Of a DNA stretch of 64,000 bases, positions 38,739 through 49,092 are shown one piece after another. This stretch comes from Leptospiraceae bacterium. Its GTDB lineage: Bacteria > Spirochaetota > Leptospiria > Leptospirales > Leptonemataceae. Location of the stretch: contig JAVJNR010000003.1 in assembly GCA_040217195.1 (NCBI GenBank), positions 128,001-192,000 of the forward strand. The letters are read 5' to 3'. The position numbers and the translations under genes were made by a program. The notes under the pieces are model-generated. The model did not search any database, was not told where the DNA came from, and worked only from the letters and a program-made list of their open reading frames with translations. Position 1 is the stretch's first letter, and every line of letters begins with the position of its first letter.

Positions 38739-39776
38739 CTAACCTCGATCGGAGGACCGACGTCTGGGCGAAGATTCGGGCATCTCTTTTTTTAATCCTC
38801 GTCCCATTAGCTCTCGAGCCACACCGGCTGGATCCTGGTCCTTGTAGAGCATGGCAAAGACTGCATCGGTAATGGCCAGTTCCAGGTTCAGCTTTTTGGC
38901 CAGATCATGGGCCGAAGCTGTAGTATCCACTCCCTCCGCTACCTGATTCATTTCTGCAATGATGTCCTTTAGCTTCATTCCCTGGCCCAGCTTCTTACCC
39001 ACAGTGCGATTTCTACTCAAATCTCCGGTGCAGGTCAATACCAGATCTCCCATTCCAGCCAATCCCAGAAAGGTCATTGGATCGGCCCCTTTGGCCACAC
39101 CCAGGCGAGTGATTTCAGCAAGTCCTCTGGTAATAATGGCTGCACGGGTATTATGGCCCAGCTCCAGCCCATCCGAAACTCCGGCCGCAATTGCGATTAC
39201 ATTCTTGAGAGCTCCCCCTACTTCCACTCCAATGACATCCTGGGTTCGATAGGTTCTAAAGTATTTATGGAAGAAACAGTGCTGCACATGATGGCCCACC
39301 TCATCGTCTTTCGCTGCAATACTTACTACCGTAGGAATCTTCTTAATAATCTCTTTTGCAAAACTGGGTCCGGAAAGATAGGTCAGTTGTTTATGGAACT
39401 TTCCAGGTAGCTCCTCCTCAAATATTTCGGATACCAGGCGCAGGGTACCTTTCTCAATACCTTTAGCTGCGCTGACCAGCGGGACTCCGGCAGGGATATC
39501 GGCTGCAATGTCCCGCAAAACACCGCCAAGAGCCTGGGACGGAATGGCCACCACAATAAGCTCCGCTCCAGAAAGGGACTGCTGTATGTCGGATGTTGCT
39601 TTTAGCTTTTCCGGCAACTTCATGCCTGGAAGATAGCGGGTGTTCTCATGAGCCTGGTTGACGGACTCAACAATCTCAGGGTTTCTGGCCCATAGAAGGA
39701 CATCCTCCCCTTTATCGGCCAGCACGGAGGCCAGGGCCGTTCCAAAGGATCCACTACCGAGCACTGATACTTTCAT
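38739..39776 (-). CDS. gpsA: NAD(P)H-dependent glycerol-3-phosphate dehydrogenase
   Basis: [61 protein letters not shown]. Confidence 0.96.
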   Translation of the reverse strand: MKVSVLGSGSFGTALASVLADKGEDVLLWARNPEIVESVNQAHENTRYLPGMKLPEKLKATSDIQQSLSGAELIVVAIPSQALGGVLRDIAADIPAGVPLVSAAKGIEKGTLRLVSEIFEEELPGKFHKQLTYLSGPSFAKEIIKKIPTVVSIAAKDDEVGHHVQHCFFHKYFRTYRTQDVIGVEVGGALKNVIAIAAGVSDGLELGHNTRAAIITRGLAEITRLGVAKGADPMTFLGLAGMGDLVLTCTGDLSRNRTVGKKLGQGMKLKDIIAEMNQVAEGVDTTASAHDLAKKLNLELAITDAVFAMLYKDQDPAGVARELMGRGLKKEMPESSPRRRSSDRG

Positions 39777-39831
39777 AAGCTTTATATGTAGACATGGAGC
39801 CGGGGATTTTCTTTTGTAAAGGTTTTTGCTG

Positions 39832-40440
39832 ATGGAAATAGAGAATCCTCTGGAGGAAAAAGTATATAGGATCCAGCTCAAGCTGGATGCCCTGAACCCG
39901 GTTCTCCAGACCCAGGCAAGGATGCGCAATCCCTCCTTGCTGGAATTCTCTCTGCAAGCCACGGATAAGGAAATTCGAGTGCAGGGTAAGACCACTCGAA
40001 CCGGTCGCTTGCGGGGAGCCTCTTTTCAGGTCAGTTTTCGCCCCACTCAGGTAGAACATCATGGAATCTTTTTCAAATGCCGCCGATTTAAGTTTAGAAC
40101 CTACCCATTCAAAACCTTTGACCTCTACCGGTTGCTAAGCCCCTTTCCTTTTGCTCAGAGAATTGCAATGAATCGGTTTACCAGGAACATGCCGCCTGCC
40201 TTCGAACATCATGGGAAGTTCATCTATTTTCGTCCGGCCTACTATGTTCGTATGGTTCCAACCTTTGTGGGCGATTTTCACATGCTCTATATACGGTTGA
40301 GCCAGGGTAGCATCGAATTCTTTGTGAAAAGCAATCGATTGTTCCAGGCCCTGGTGGATTTTTTTGGCCCTCAGTACATCCGTATGGAATCCATCAACGA
40401 ATCGGAGGAAGCTCTTCGGCTACTATTACAGAAGTCCTGA
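39832..40440 (+). CDS. Hypothetical protein
   Basis: About 200 aa ORF filling the gap divergent from gpsA; no motif recognised. Confidence 0.6.
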   Translation: MEIENPLEEKVYRIQLKLDALNPVLQTQARMRNPSLLEFSLQATDKEIRVQGKTTRTGRLRGASFQVSFRPTQVEHHGIFFKCRRFKFRTYPFKTFDLYRLLSPFPFAQRIAMNRFTRNMPPAFEHHGKFIYFRPAYYVRMVPTFVGDFHMLYIRLSQGSIEFFVKSNRLFQALVDFFGPQYIRMESINESEEALRLLLQKS

Positions 40441-40596
40441 ATCCCGGACGATCTAGCTGAATACCGTTTCCAGCCTACTCAGTCCGTTTCGGTTTCTCCA
40501 GGATGGTACGTCCTACTATGTCACCGGCCCCATGGACCGGGTCCATCTTCAGAGCAGCAGAATTGCATTCTATGCGAGATTTTTTTATCGACGCTT

Positions 40597-40614
40597 TATT
40601 GCAATATTGCAATA
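40597..40614. promoter_or_regulatory. Probable ArsR operator
   Basis: Perfect 18-bp palindrome TATTGCAATATTGCAATA, 11 nt upstream of the arsR ATG at 40626. Confidence 0.75.
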
Positions 40615-40625
40615 CTACTATCACA

Positions 40626-40952
40626 ATGGGCGCCACAAGAACCGACCTTCATCCGGAAAAATTCAATGAATTGGGAACCGCTCTTCAGGCGCTGGGGCAT
40701 CCAGCGCGACTGAGGATCATCGACATTCTGATCAAGAAAAAGGAATGCATGGGTCATTTGCTGGTTGATGAGCTGGGATTGGCCCAGCCCACGGTGCACC
40801 AGCATCTGAAGCGACTTAAAGAAGCAGGATTGATTCAGGGTAACATCGATGGAAATCGAGTGTGCTACTGCATCGATGCCGATGCGCTCAATGAACTGAG
40901 AGAATCTCTGAAAGTTTTCTTGGATCGACCCATTGCTCAAAACTGTTGTTAA
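40626..40952 (+). CDS. arsR: ArsR/SmtB-family repressor
   Basis: ALGHPARLRI, LAQPTVHQHLK.LK.AGLI, CYC and C-terminal CC; leads the arsenic operon. Confidence 0.9.
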   Translation: MGATRTDLHPEKFNELGTALQALGHPARLRIIDILIKKKECMGHLLVDELGLAQPTVHQHLKRLKEAGLIQGNIDGNRVCYCIDADALNELRESLKVFLDRPIAQNCC

Positions 40953-40962
40953 GGAGGTAGCC

Positions 40963-41529
40963 ATGTTTCCCAGGATGCATGCTTCCCTATATGTTTCTAA
41001 TCTGGATCGCTCTGTAGATTTCTATAGCCGATTCTTTCAAGTCTCCCCGGAGAAAGTCCGGCCGGGCTATGCCAAGTATCAACTGGAATCACCGGGTCTG
41101 GTATTTTCCCTGGTTGAAAACCCGGAACGAGTGGCCGGAAACTTTGGTCATATGGGCATTCAGGTAGAAAGCCTGGAGGAGCTGGATCGCCTGAAATCCC
41201 GGGCCCAGGCCAATGAGGTACTGAGTTTCGAAGAAAAGGATGTGGCCTGTTGCTACGCGAAGCAGGACAAATTCTGGGCTGTGGATCCGGATGGAATTCA
41301 GTGGGAAGTATATTACTTCCATGAAGATGTGGAGTTCAATGATCCGGCCTTCGCAAACGATTCCGGTGAAAAAGAGGCATGCTGTTCCACATCATTCTCC
41401 GTAGATCAGCTACCGGAAGCACAATCTGTCAAGGTCGGGAACAGTAGTCCAGGCGAAACTCAAGCAGTCCAAACAGAGGTTCTGGCCCAGGCGGATGCTT
41501 GCTGTGAACCTGGATGTTGCGGTAAATAG
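40963..41529 (+). CDS. ArsI/CadI-family VOC (glyoxalase-fold) metalloenzyme
   Basis: RMH.SL.V, GYAKY, GHMGIQV, CCYAKQDKFW..DPDG..WEVY; AAGGAGG RBS; Cys-pair-rich tail. Confidence 0.88.
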   Translation: MFPRMHASLYVSNLDRSVDFYSRFFQVSPEKVRPGYAKYQLESPGLVFSLVENPERVAGNFGHMGIQVESLEELDRLKSRAQANEVLSFEEKDVACCYAKQDKFWAVDPDGIQWEVYYFHEDVEFNDPAFANDSGEKEACCSTSFSVDQLPEAQSVKVGNSSPGETQAVQTEVLAQADACCEPGCCGK

Positions 41530-41541
41530 TAGATCCTGAAT

Positions 41542-42597
41542 ATGAGAAATCTATCTTTCGTAGATCGATATCTAACTCTCTGGATATTTCTGGCAATGGC
41601 CCTGGGCGTAAGTCTGGGGGCCGCCTTTCCCGTAATATCCGAGTCCATACATAAGCTATCTATAGGTCAGACCAACATCCCCCTGGCCATTGGACTTATA
41701 TTGATGATGTATCCCCCTCTTGCGCGAGTCGACTATTCCCAATTACATCTAGTGTTTACGAACGGCAAAATACTTACACTTTCCATTGTAATGAACTGGA
41801 TCATTGGTCCACTCCTGATGTTTTCACTGGCTGTGCTTTTTCTATGGGATAGGCCGGAACTAATGTCCGGGCTCATATTGATTGGCCTGGCTCGCTGCAT
41901 TGCTATGGTGCTTGTATGGAATCAACTGGCACATGGTAGTCCGGAGTACGGGGCTGGACTGGTAGCACTGAATAGTCTGTTTCAGGTATTTGCGTACGCT
42001 CCTCTGGCATTGATATTTTTGAGTGTACTACCTGATATGCTGGGTCTGGAGTCCTATGAGGTGAATATTTCCACATTGGATGTGGCCATAAGTGTAGGAA
42101 TCTATCTGGGAATTCCCTTTCTGGCTGGTTTTCTCAGTCGCTTGATTCTAGTTCGCATCCGGGGGCACCAATGGTATGAAAAGAAATTCATTCCAGCCAT
42201 TTCGCCTCTTACTCTGGTAGCGCTTCTGTTTACCATTGTATTGATGTTTTCTCTTAAAGGTGATCAGATACTCACTTTGCCCATGGATGTGCTTCGAGTG
42301 TCACTTCCGTTGCTTCTCTACTTCCTTATTATGTTCTTTGTTGCCTTTCTGGCCGGACGATTGCTAAAAGCGAAATACCCGGAGAATGCGGCGCTGTCTT
42401 TTACGGCTGCCGGGAACAACTTTGAACTGGCCATTGCTGTGGCCATTTCTGTGTTTGGATTAAATTCCGGTCAGGCCTTTGCCGCTGTACTGGGACCTTT
42501 GATTGAAGTACCGGCTCTGGTACTTCTTGTGCAAGCTTCTCTGTGGCTGCAAAATCGGCTCTATAAATCTCAGAAATCCAACGAGGCAAGATCATGA
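41542..42597 (+). CDS. acr3: Acr3-family arsenite efflux permease
   Basis: [58 protein letters not shown]. Confidence 0.96.
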   Translation: MRNLSFVDRYLTLWIFLAMALGVSLGAAFPVISESIHKLSIGQTNIPLAIGLILMMYPPLARVDYSQLHLVFTNGKILTLSIVMNWIIGPLLMFSLAVLFLWDRPELMSGLILIGLARCIAMVLVWNQLAHGSPEYGAGLVALNSLFQVFAYAPLALIFLSVLPDMLGLESYEVNISTLDVAISVGIYLGIPFLAGFLSRLILVRIRGHQWYEKKFIPAISPLTLVALLFTIVLMFSLKGDQILTLPMDVLRVSLPLLLYFLIMFFVAFLAGRLLKAKYPENAALSFTAAGNNFELAIAVAISVFGLNSGQAFAAVLGPLIEVPALVLLVQASLWLQNRLYKSQKSNEARS

Positions 42598-43301
42598 ACT
42601 GGAAAGAATTACGTTCCAGGTACCAGGAGATGCAAAGGCTGGCCCGGTACGTTGCAAAACGTTCTGCAGCCGCCGAAACAGTACGCCTTCTATTCGTTTG
42701 CACTCACAATGCCAGAAGAAGTCAGCTGGCCTGCGCCATGGCTCCCTATATCTGGCATCAGCTTGTAACAGAGATGGATTCTGACAAAGAGGCTCAGCGT
42801 ATAGAGTCCTACAGCGGCGGAAGCGAAGTAACAAGAGTTCACCCCAATACGATTCGAGCTTTGATTCGCTCCGGGTATTCATTAATAGAAGGCAGTCCTG
42901 ATGTGCCCTCCAGCGAAGCGGGTTCCAGTCCAACAATTTCAGGATCTGGGTCGGTAACCGTTTCGAAGCATACAGACTTTCAGGATACAGACTCCGACGT
43001 TGTTGGAAATTCCATTTACCGGCTGCAGGATCCCCGGGGACATGAAATGGAGCTATTTTCCAAGCTCCTGGATCATCCGCAAAATCCTGGAAGCCACTTT
43101 GCTGCAATAATGGTTTGCTCCAATGCAGATGAGGCCTGTCCTTTTGTACCCGGCGCCGATGTGCGAATCTCTTTGCCTTTTGAAGACCCGGGCAAATTTG
43201 ATAACACGGAAAGAAGCGCAGAAGCCTATGACAGCGCCATGGAGGCGATCGCCAGAGACCTCTATAGTACGTTTGCTATGGCTCTGGGGAATATAGATTA
43301 A
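42594..43301 (+). CDS. arsC: LMW-PTP-fold arsenate reductase-like protein
   Basis: [11 protein letters not shown]-loop, [28 protein letters not shown] overlap with acr3. Confidence 0.85.
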   Translation: MNWKELRSRYQEMQRLARYVAKRSAAAETVRLLFVCTHNARRSQLACAMAPYIWHQLVTEMDSDKEAQRIESYSGGSEVTRVHPNTIRALIRSGYSLIEGSPDVPSSEAGSSPTISGSGSVTVSKHTDFQDTDSDVVGNSIYRLQDPRGHEMELFSKLLDHPQNPGSHFAAIMVCSNADEACPFVPGADVRISLPFEDPGKFDNTERSAEAYDSAMEAIARDLYSTFAMALGNID

Positions 43302-43312
43302 AGGGATGCAAA

Positions 43313-44497
43313 TCAGTACATATCGAATCTACGAAAGCTGCATTCCAGCGGTCCATTGAACAGGGTAACCTTTTTCGAGGGCTTGAGCCCGATTCGTTTA
43401 AAGGCTTCCAGGTTAGCGCTCAATACCCAGACAGTCCATCCCTTGAATGAGGCTTTCATGATGTCTCCCAGATCCTTATAAAATGCGGCCGCATCTTCCA
43501 GGGACAATCTTTCTCCGTACGGAGGATTTATTATGGCTGTACCTGATTCAGAAAGATCCTGGATAGTCTCCGCCTTTCTGGTCTCGAAGAAAATATCCTG
43601 AGATCCCAGGCCCAGAATCTTTCGGTTGGATTTGGCTATTTCAATGGCCTTTGCAGACCGATCACTTCCACGAATCAAGGCAGTATCAGTCTGTTCTGTG
43701 GCACTATCTGCTCTTGATTTCTGAGCCTCCGTCCATTGTCCTTTCTCCTGAGCCAGAATACTGCGATGGCTTTTTTCAAAATATGTCTTCCAATTTTCAA
43801 AAGCCATCTTTTTGCGAAACACACCTGGCGCCAGGTTTTTTCGGATCATGTAGGCCTCCATGGGAATGGTGCCTGAACCACACATGAAGTCCAGAAAAGG
43901 GTTCTCCCAGTTCGGAGAGGCCAGCTGAACCATTCCAGCCGCCAGCACCTCTGAAATCGGCGCCAGGTCAGATTGAGCCCTGTAGCCCCGACGATGGAGG
44001 GAACCACCAGCCCCATCCAGGGAAATGGTGCAATCCTGTTCATGGATATGTAGATGAATTCGAATGTCCGCTTCCCGGATAGAAACATCCGGTCTCTTTC
44101 CCTGGCCGGATCTAAACTCATCGCACACTGCATCTTTCAGTTTTAATGCAGCATAATGACTGTTGGAAAAGATTCTAGAATGCACCGCAGCGTCCACAGC
44201 GATGCTATTAGAGACAGAAAACCAATCATTCCATGAAATGGACCTACCAAGATCATATAGATCCTGCTGATCTGCAATTCTGGTTGTTGAGAGAATCATC
44301 AGGACTCGAACTGCACTCCTTAATCGAATACAACATCGATAAAGCAGCTCAAAATCACCGGAAAACAATACAGCGCCATGTTGCCGATCCAGATTAGAAG
44401 CTCCCAGATTCTTGAGCTCTTCCATAAGAACTTCTTCCAGACCACGCAAAGTGGTGGCTTTCAAAGAGAGCTTTTGCTTTGGATTTCTGTCTTTCAT
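43313..44497 (-). CDS. THUMP-domain RNA methyltransferase (RlmL-like)
   Basis: GLEEVL..EL, KDAV.D.F, SLHRRGYR, API.E.LAA, DFMCGSGT, NPPYGER, LFNG.LEC. Confidence 0.9.
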   Translation of the reverse strand: MKDRNPKQKLSLKATTLRGLEEVLMEELKNLGASNLDRQHGAVLFSGDFELLYRCCIRLRSAVRVLMILSTTRIADQQDLYDLGRSISWNDWFSVSNSIAVDAAVHSRIFSNSHYAALKLKDAVCDEFRSGQGKRPDVSIREADIRIHLHIHEQDCTISLDGAGGSLHRRGYRAQSDLAPISEVLAAGMVQLASPNWENPFLDFMCGSGTIPMEAYMIRKNLAPGVFRKKMAFENWKTYFEKSHRSILAQEKGQWTEAQKSRADSATEQTDTALIRGSDRSAKAIEIAKSNRKILGLGSQDIFFETRKAETIQDLSESGTAIINPPYGERLSLEDAAAFYKDLGDIMKASFKGWTVWVLSANLEAFKRIGLKPSKKVTLFNGPLECSFRRFDMY

Positions 44498-44549
44498 GGA
44501 CCTGGCCGGTGCGGACTTAAATTTAGATTGAACGGTAGCCTGGCCAGCT

Positions 44550-44580
44550 AAAAAGAAAAGGCAGACCTATCAGGTCTGCC
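44550..44580 (-). terminator. Rho-independent terminator of fcpA
   Basis: Minus strand GGCAGACCT-gat-AGGTCTGCC followed by TTTTCTTTTT. Confidence 0.75.
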
Positions 44581-44681
44581 CCATTGCTGTAAGGCCTTTC
44601 GCAGTCGCCTTTGACAGGGAAGAAGCCGGAGGCCATAGCCGACTTCTTCCTACATGTGCAGTCAGGTGCGATACCGCCGAA

Positions 44682-45566
44682 TTAAGGCATTACAGAGATA
44701 ATCTCATCACGGTTTACAAGGTTTACAACATGCTTGTATTCCGCACTGGTCTTACCATACTTCAATTCAGCTGCACGCAGCAGGTGCACATTCTTCTTGT
44801 ATCGGAATCGGAACATCTGGTCTTCTGTGCCCATTCCATACTTCTTGATCATGTTTTCCTGAAAGGCATAGCACTGCGACAGATACTTATGCGCAGGATA
44901 CTCTTTTTCGTTCTCATCAATCTCAAGATAAAGCTCGAGAATTGGGATCGACTGAGGCATGTTGCCCAGGTCATACTGATACATTACCCAGTTACGATAT
45001 ACAGCTGAGATCAATCGTTTGAACGCTTGCTGCTCTCGAAGATTGGGATTGCGAATCTCATCCATGTGGTTGATGGCTCGCGTAAAATAAGTCACCGCTT
45101 CCAGTTTGGCCTTACGCTTCATGCGGTTTATCTTGCGCTCTTCTTGCGCCTTTCGGTCAATTACCTGCCAGTACCATTTTTCGTTCAGGTGCTTGGCTTC
45201 TTCCTGTTGCTTGCGGAATAGCTCCACCTCATCACGCATTTTGATGATGGTATTTACACCAGACTGATACATGGACAGAGCCAGTCTGTATTTATTGTTT
45301 GCAAATGCTTTTGAAAGCTGATGCAACTCGGAGAAAGCTGGATCATAGTCGCGGTAATCCGCATTTTTCCATAATTCTTCCGCTCTCAGATTTCGATCTC
45401 GGATGACTTTTTGCTCATCGGTGAGCTCAGTTTCGTCAACTTCCTCGGATACCAGCTCACCTGGAGTCGGTTCCAGAGGAGTTGGGTTGGCCGGATTTGT
45501 AGGCTCCTCACCATAAACTGAGCTTACTACAAATACCAGGGATAAAAGCAATGCTGCTTTCTTCAT
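44682..45566 (-). CDS. fcpA: Flagellar-coiling sheath protein FcpA
   Basis: Signal peptide; [75 protein letters not shown] match Leptospira FcpA as I recall it. Confidence 0.9.
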   Translation of the reverse strand: MKKAALLLSLVFVVSSVYGEEPTNPANPTPLEPTPGELVSEEVDETELTDEQKVIRDRNLRAEELWKNADYRDYDPAFSELHQLSKAFANNKYRLALSMYQSGVNTIIKMRDEVELFRKQQEEAKHLNEKWYWQVIDRKAQEERKINRMKRKAKLEAVTYFTRAINHMDEIRNPNLREQQAFKRLISAVYRNWVMYQYDLGNMPQSIPILELYLEIDENEKEYPAHKYLSQCYAFQENMIKKYGMGTEDQMFRFRYKKNVHLLRAAELKYGKTSAEYKHVVNLVNRDEIISVMP

Positions 45567-45756
45567 ATCTCGCACCTTACCTGTCATTGTTTTTGGATTA
45601 TCTCCTGCCATTGACCTTCTTCCCTTTCCGGGAAATGCCGTACGACCGGATTTTCCTCCGTTCACGGTATTCTATCGGGAGAAAAGGGATTCAAATCAAC
45701 GGTGGCAGATAATTATTTCCAGGGAATTCATTTTTTTCTTTTGCTCATAGGAGGCC

Positions 45757-46686
45757 ATGAAAATCCCCTTTATGTCAGATATGACGGCTTCCAATTCCAG
45801 AAAAAAGCAAGAAAATGGACCAGGCAGTCTGCGCAACCGACTGCAGGCCAATGCTCCCAGGTACGGTGTGGAGGGATGCCCTCAATGCCAGGGACTGGGC
45901 ATTGTTTTTGATGCCCAGGCAGGCAAAACCGGTGCCTATGAACTCTGCAAGTGTAACAAAGACCGATGCCGCTGCGGCGGTGAGGCTCCTTACATGTTTT
46001 TTGATGACACTCAAAATGCCATGGTTCCCTGCCCGGTGCGACCTGCCTATATGGCACTTCAGCGCATAGTGCGACTGACCCGGCGCTCCGGAGTGCCCGC
46101 CAGGTTCCAGAATCGCTTCCTGGACACCCTGGATACCCAGGACCCGGGAATTAGTCTGCTTATAGCTATGGACCATGCTGTGGAGATTATCTATCAGTAC
46201 GGTAAGAGAAATGAGCCCGATGCTCCGGAAATCCAGGGTCTTTATCTCTACGGCTCCACCGGTACAGGCAAAACCCACATTGCCTGCACGATTGTAAATG
46301 AGCTGATCCGTCTGTATCAGGTGGAGGCCCATTATGCCAAGATCAGTCGGGACATTCTAAACAGGATTCGCGAATCCTTCAATACTTCCAGCGAATCCTA
46401 TGGAATGGGAGGTAGAATTGAAAAGGAGCTGGCTTCCTTTGAGGCTCTGGTAATCGACGATTTTGGGGTCCACAGAGAAAGCCCCTGGGTAAACTCTACA
46501 CTCTATGATTTAATCGATAGCCGGTATGAAAAGAATCTGCTCACCATTCTGACATCCAATGAGCCCATGGACTCCTGGAAGGAATTGTTCGGAGGAAGAG
46601 TGTATTCCAGGCTTAAACAGGTATGCATTGAGATCCATCTGGATGGTGAGGATTACCGTCTGAGGGAGAGTCGATCCATTTCATGA
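45757..46686 (+). CDS. DnaC/IstB-like AAA+ ATPase with Cys-rich N-terminus
   Basis: CPQC..C.C..C.C cluster, SGVPARF, GLYLYGSTGTGKTH, LVIDDFG, LIDSRYE, TILTSN, RVYSRL, GEDYR. Confidence 0.88.
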   Translation: MKIPFMSDMTASNSRKKQENGPGSLRNRLQANAPRYGVEGCPQCQGLGIVFDAQAGKTGAYELCKCNKDRCRCGGEAPYMFFDDTQNAMVPCPVRPAYMALQRIVRLTRRSGVPARFQNRFLDTLDTQDPGISLLIAMDHAVEIIYQYGKRNEPDAPEIQGLYLYGSTGTGKTHIACTIVNELIRLYQVEAHYAKISRDILNRIRESFNTSSESYGMGGRIEKELASFEALVIDDFGVHRESPWVNSTLYDLIDSRYEKNLLTILTSNEPMDSWKELFGGRVYSRLKQVCIEIHLDGEDYRLRESRSIS

Positions 46687-47144
46687 CCGAACACAGACAA
46701 TGGATTCCTTCTTATTTATCCCTGGGGAGTAATATCGAGAATCGTCAGGCCCACATGGCCCATGCTGAATATTTGATTAATCGAAACCCCAAAATCAATA
46801 TCCAGAAGAAAAGCCAGATCCTGGACAATCCTCCCCTGCTCGTGGAGAATCAACCTCCCTTTCTTAACCAGGTCTTTCTGACCGAAACCCAGCTGGGCCC
46901 CTATGAGCTACTGGATACTCTGAAAGATTACGAAAACCAGATAGGTCGCATCAAACGGATTCGCTTTGGTCCCAGAGAAATAGACCTGGATATTCTGAGC
47001 TATGGCCAGCTTCGTCTGGATTCGGACCGATTAACAATTCCCCATCCAGCTCTCAGGGACCGAGAATACCTGCGGATTCTACTTGCGGAATTTGATACAA
47101 CACCGGAGGATCTGCTGAATCAGGCAACAAGGAGCGAGATTTGA
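46683..47144 (+). CDS. folK: 2-amino-4-hydroxy-6-hydroxymethyldihydropteridine diphosphokinase
   Basis: YLSLGSN, QPPFLNQV, GR....RFGPREIDLDIL, LTIPHP...R. Confidence 0.95.
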   Translation: MTEHRQWIPSYLSLGSNIENRQAHMAHAEYLINRNPKINIQKKSQILDNPPLLVENQPPFLNQVFLTETQLGPYELLDTLKDYENQIGRIKRIRFGPREIDLDILSYGQLRLDSDRLTIPHPALRDREYLRILLAEFDTTPEDLLNQATRSEI

Positions 47145-48751
47145 GAATTCCGGTGCTGGGTAAATTGTTCGGTCGTAAGAAGGAAGGCTATTCTTACAGA
47201 GTCTATAGAAGTATTCATTCTCAGCGCAGAAAGGCCGGGATATTCTATTTTCCTTTTCGCTGGCTTTTCAGGACTGCTGCCAGCATCCAGCACTCAGAAA
47301 TCGATGTCATAGGTCTGGAAAACATTCCGCCAGACGGATCCGTATTACTGGTAGGAAACCATCCCAACTCCTTTCTGGACTATTTCAATCTTCTCACCGT
47401 AGTCAGACATCCCATAGCCACGGCCGCCAAAGATACTCTAACCAGAGTACCGGTGGTCGGCCCTTTGATGAGAGACCATGCTCTATTTATTCCAATTGCC
47501 AGAAAACAGGACCAATCGCTGACGAAAGTCTCCGAAGAAGAACGGAAACAATCCAATGATCAATCCATACAGGTACTTGTGGATCATCTTGTAGATGGTA
47601 GATTGTTCAATATCTACGCTGAGGGACGATCGACGGACTCAAGAAAACTGAATAAGATCAAACTGGGATTCATGTTTGCAGTAATCCAGGCAGAAAAGCA
47701 GTTCAACTTTCGCCTGAACTTGAAGATTGTTCCTTACGGCTACTATTACGATCGAATCAATAAATTCCAGAGCTCAGTTTGTTTGATTTTCGGAAAACCA
47801 TTTCGCATTCGAGACCTGGTAGAATTACCGGAAGATTACATGTCCCAGAGCGATTCCAGAAGAAACGATCTGGAAAAGCGAATTATGGTGGAAGGCAAAC
47901 GTCGCCTGGAAGCGGAAATTAATGATCTGATTATTTCCATTAATGATCTGAGCCTGATAGATATCATAGATGAAGCCACCGCACTTCTAATTCTCACTCC
48001 TGTGAAGTACATGAATTCATTCGGAAATATCAAAGAGAAGTACCGATTGAGCAAGAACCTATCGGACGGATTTCAGAAGGCCGCAAAGACCGATGATGGA
48101 CGAAGCAGACTGGAAACTCTAAAGGATACTATCCGTGCATACCGAAAGAAATTGCAGTCCTCCGGCTTGAGGGATGCGGTAGTGCGAAGAGAAAGATCTA
48201 AATCAGCTCTGGGATTTGGAATTTTGAGTTTGATTCAGGGTATTATTCTTTTGCCTTTGCTAATACCCGGCTACATCACCAGCTTTCTTCCCAGGCGTGT
48301 AGCAGGACTGGCAAGGAAATATATAATCGATATTAAGAAGATGCCCAGAGTGGACGGAGATGAAAAGGCCGTTCTCGGTGCATTCTTCACGTCGATAGTT
48401 AACTATCCAGTGCTTGCCGGGCTTACCTACTGGGCCCTTACACGCTTTGCCTGGCCTCCCCTGGAAAAATGGGCCTCTCAGTGGCCGGAACAAACCTTTC
48501 CAGCAGGAACAATTAGCTATCTACTGAATCAGCATCCTTCGCTGGTAGCCGGTATACTGGCTGTAATTACTTTCTTCTTTTTGATCTGGTTATGGGGATT
48601 TTCCATTCGCCATGGTCGCCGCTTTCGCACGGGTCTTCGATGGTTTGGCGATATGTTAACCTCGGTTATCCGAGAAAAAAAGCTGGAGCCTTTTCGCGAG
48701 ATGAGATACCAGATCATCGATGAGATCGATGGGATTCTGGAAGATTACTGA
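47141..48751 (+). CDS. PlsC-family glycerolipid acyltransferase with C-terminal TM region
   Basis: GLENIP.DG..LLVGNHPNSFLD (HX4D), AK, IYAEG.S, IVP.G.YY, FG.P. Confidence 0.85.
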   Translation: MRIPVLGKLFGRKKEGYSYRVYRSIHSQRRKAGIFYFPFRWLFRTAASIQHSEIDVIGLENIPPDGSVLLVGNHPNSFLDYFNLLTVVRHPIATAAKDTLTRVPVVGPLMRDHALFIPIARKQDQSLTKVSEEERKQSNDQSIQVLVDHLVDGRLFNIYAEGRSTDSRKLNKIKLGFMFAVIQAEKQFNFRLNLKIVPYGYYYDRINKFQSSVCLIFGKPFRIRDLVELPEDYMSQSDSRRNDLEKRIMVEGKRRLEAEINDLIISINDLSLIDIIDEATALLILTPVKYMNSFGNIKEKYRLSKNLSDGFQKAAKTDDGRSRLETLKDTIRAYRKKLQSSGLRDAVVRRERSKSALGFGILSLIQGIILLPLLIPGYITSFLPRRVAGLARKYIIDIKKMPRVDGDEKAVLGAFFTSIVNYPVLAGLTYWALTRFAWPPLEKWASQWPEQTFPAGTISYLLNQHPSLVAGILAVITFFFLIWLWGFSIRHGRRFRTGLRWFGDMLTSVIREKKLEPFREMRYQIIDEIDGILEDY

Positions 48752-48782
48752 AAAAAGAAAGGCAGGATACCATTATCCTGCC
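48752..48782 (-). terminator. Rho-independent terminator (minus strand)
   Basis: GGCAGGATA-atgg-TATCCTGCC followed by TTTCTTTTT on the minus strand. Confidence 0.7.
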
Positions 48783-49092
48783 CGAGGAGTGCTTCGATTC
48801 AATTTTCTGAGAATAAGCGCATTCTATTGTCTGCCTTCGGCTCCACGGACCGGTCCAGGTCACTGTTCCAGGCCTTTCGTATTCCTGCCTAAAGCAAAGC
48901 ATTCGTTTCCGTCGAAGACCGTGGCAACAGCATCCGGAACGCTGAAGTGCAAAGACCTCCCTTCCCGGTCAGGCCTAAAGCCGTCCATCGCAGATAGTCT
49001 GCATAAGAACAGGAACCAAAGTCCTACCTCTATTCCGGGCCATACTCTTTTCTCCCTGCATTGCTGCAGGTGTGGCTGTCCCTCCCCCGAGC

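Noticed and set aside
45669..45699. Sigma28 promoter for fcpA (CCCGATAG)
   Set aside because: The -35 position at 15-nt spacing reads TGAT rather than a TAAA-like box; not supportable.
45757..46686. IS21 element or prophage replication module
   Set aside because: No IstA transposase, terminal repeats or phage genes; flanked by fcpA and folK.
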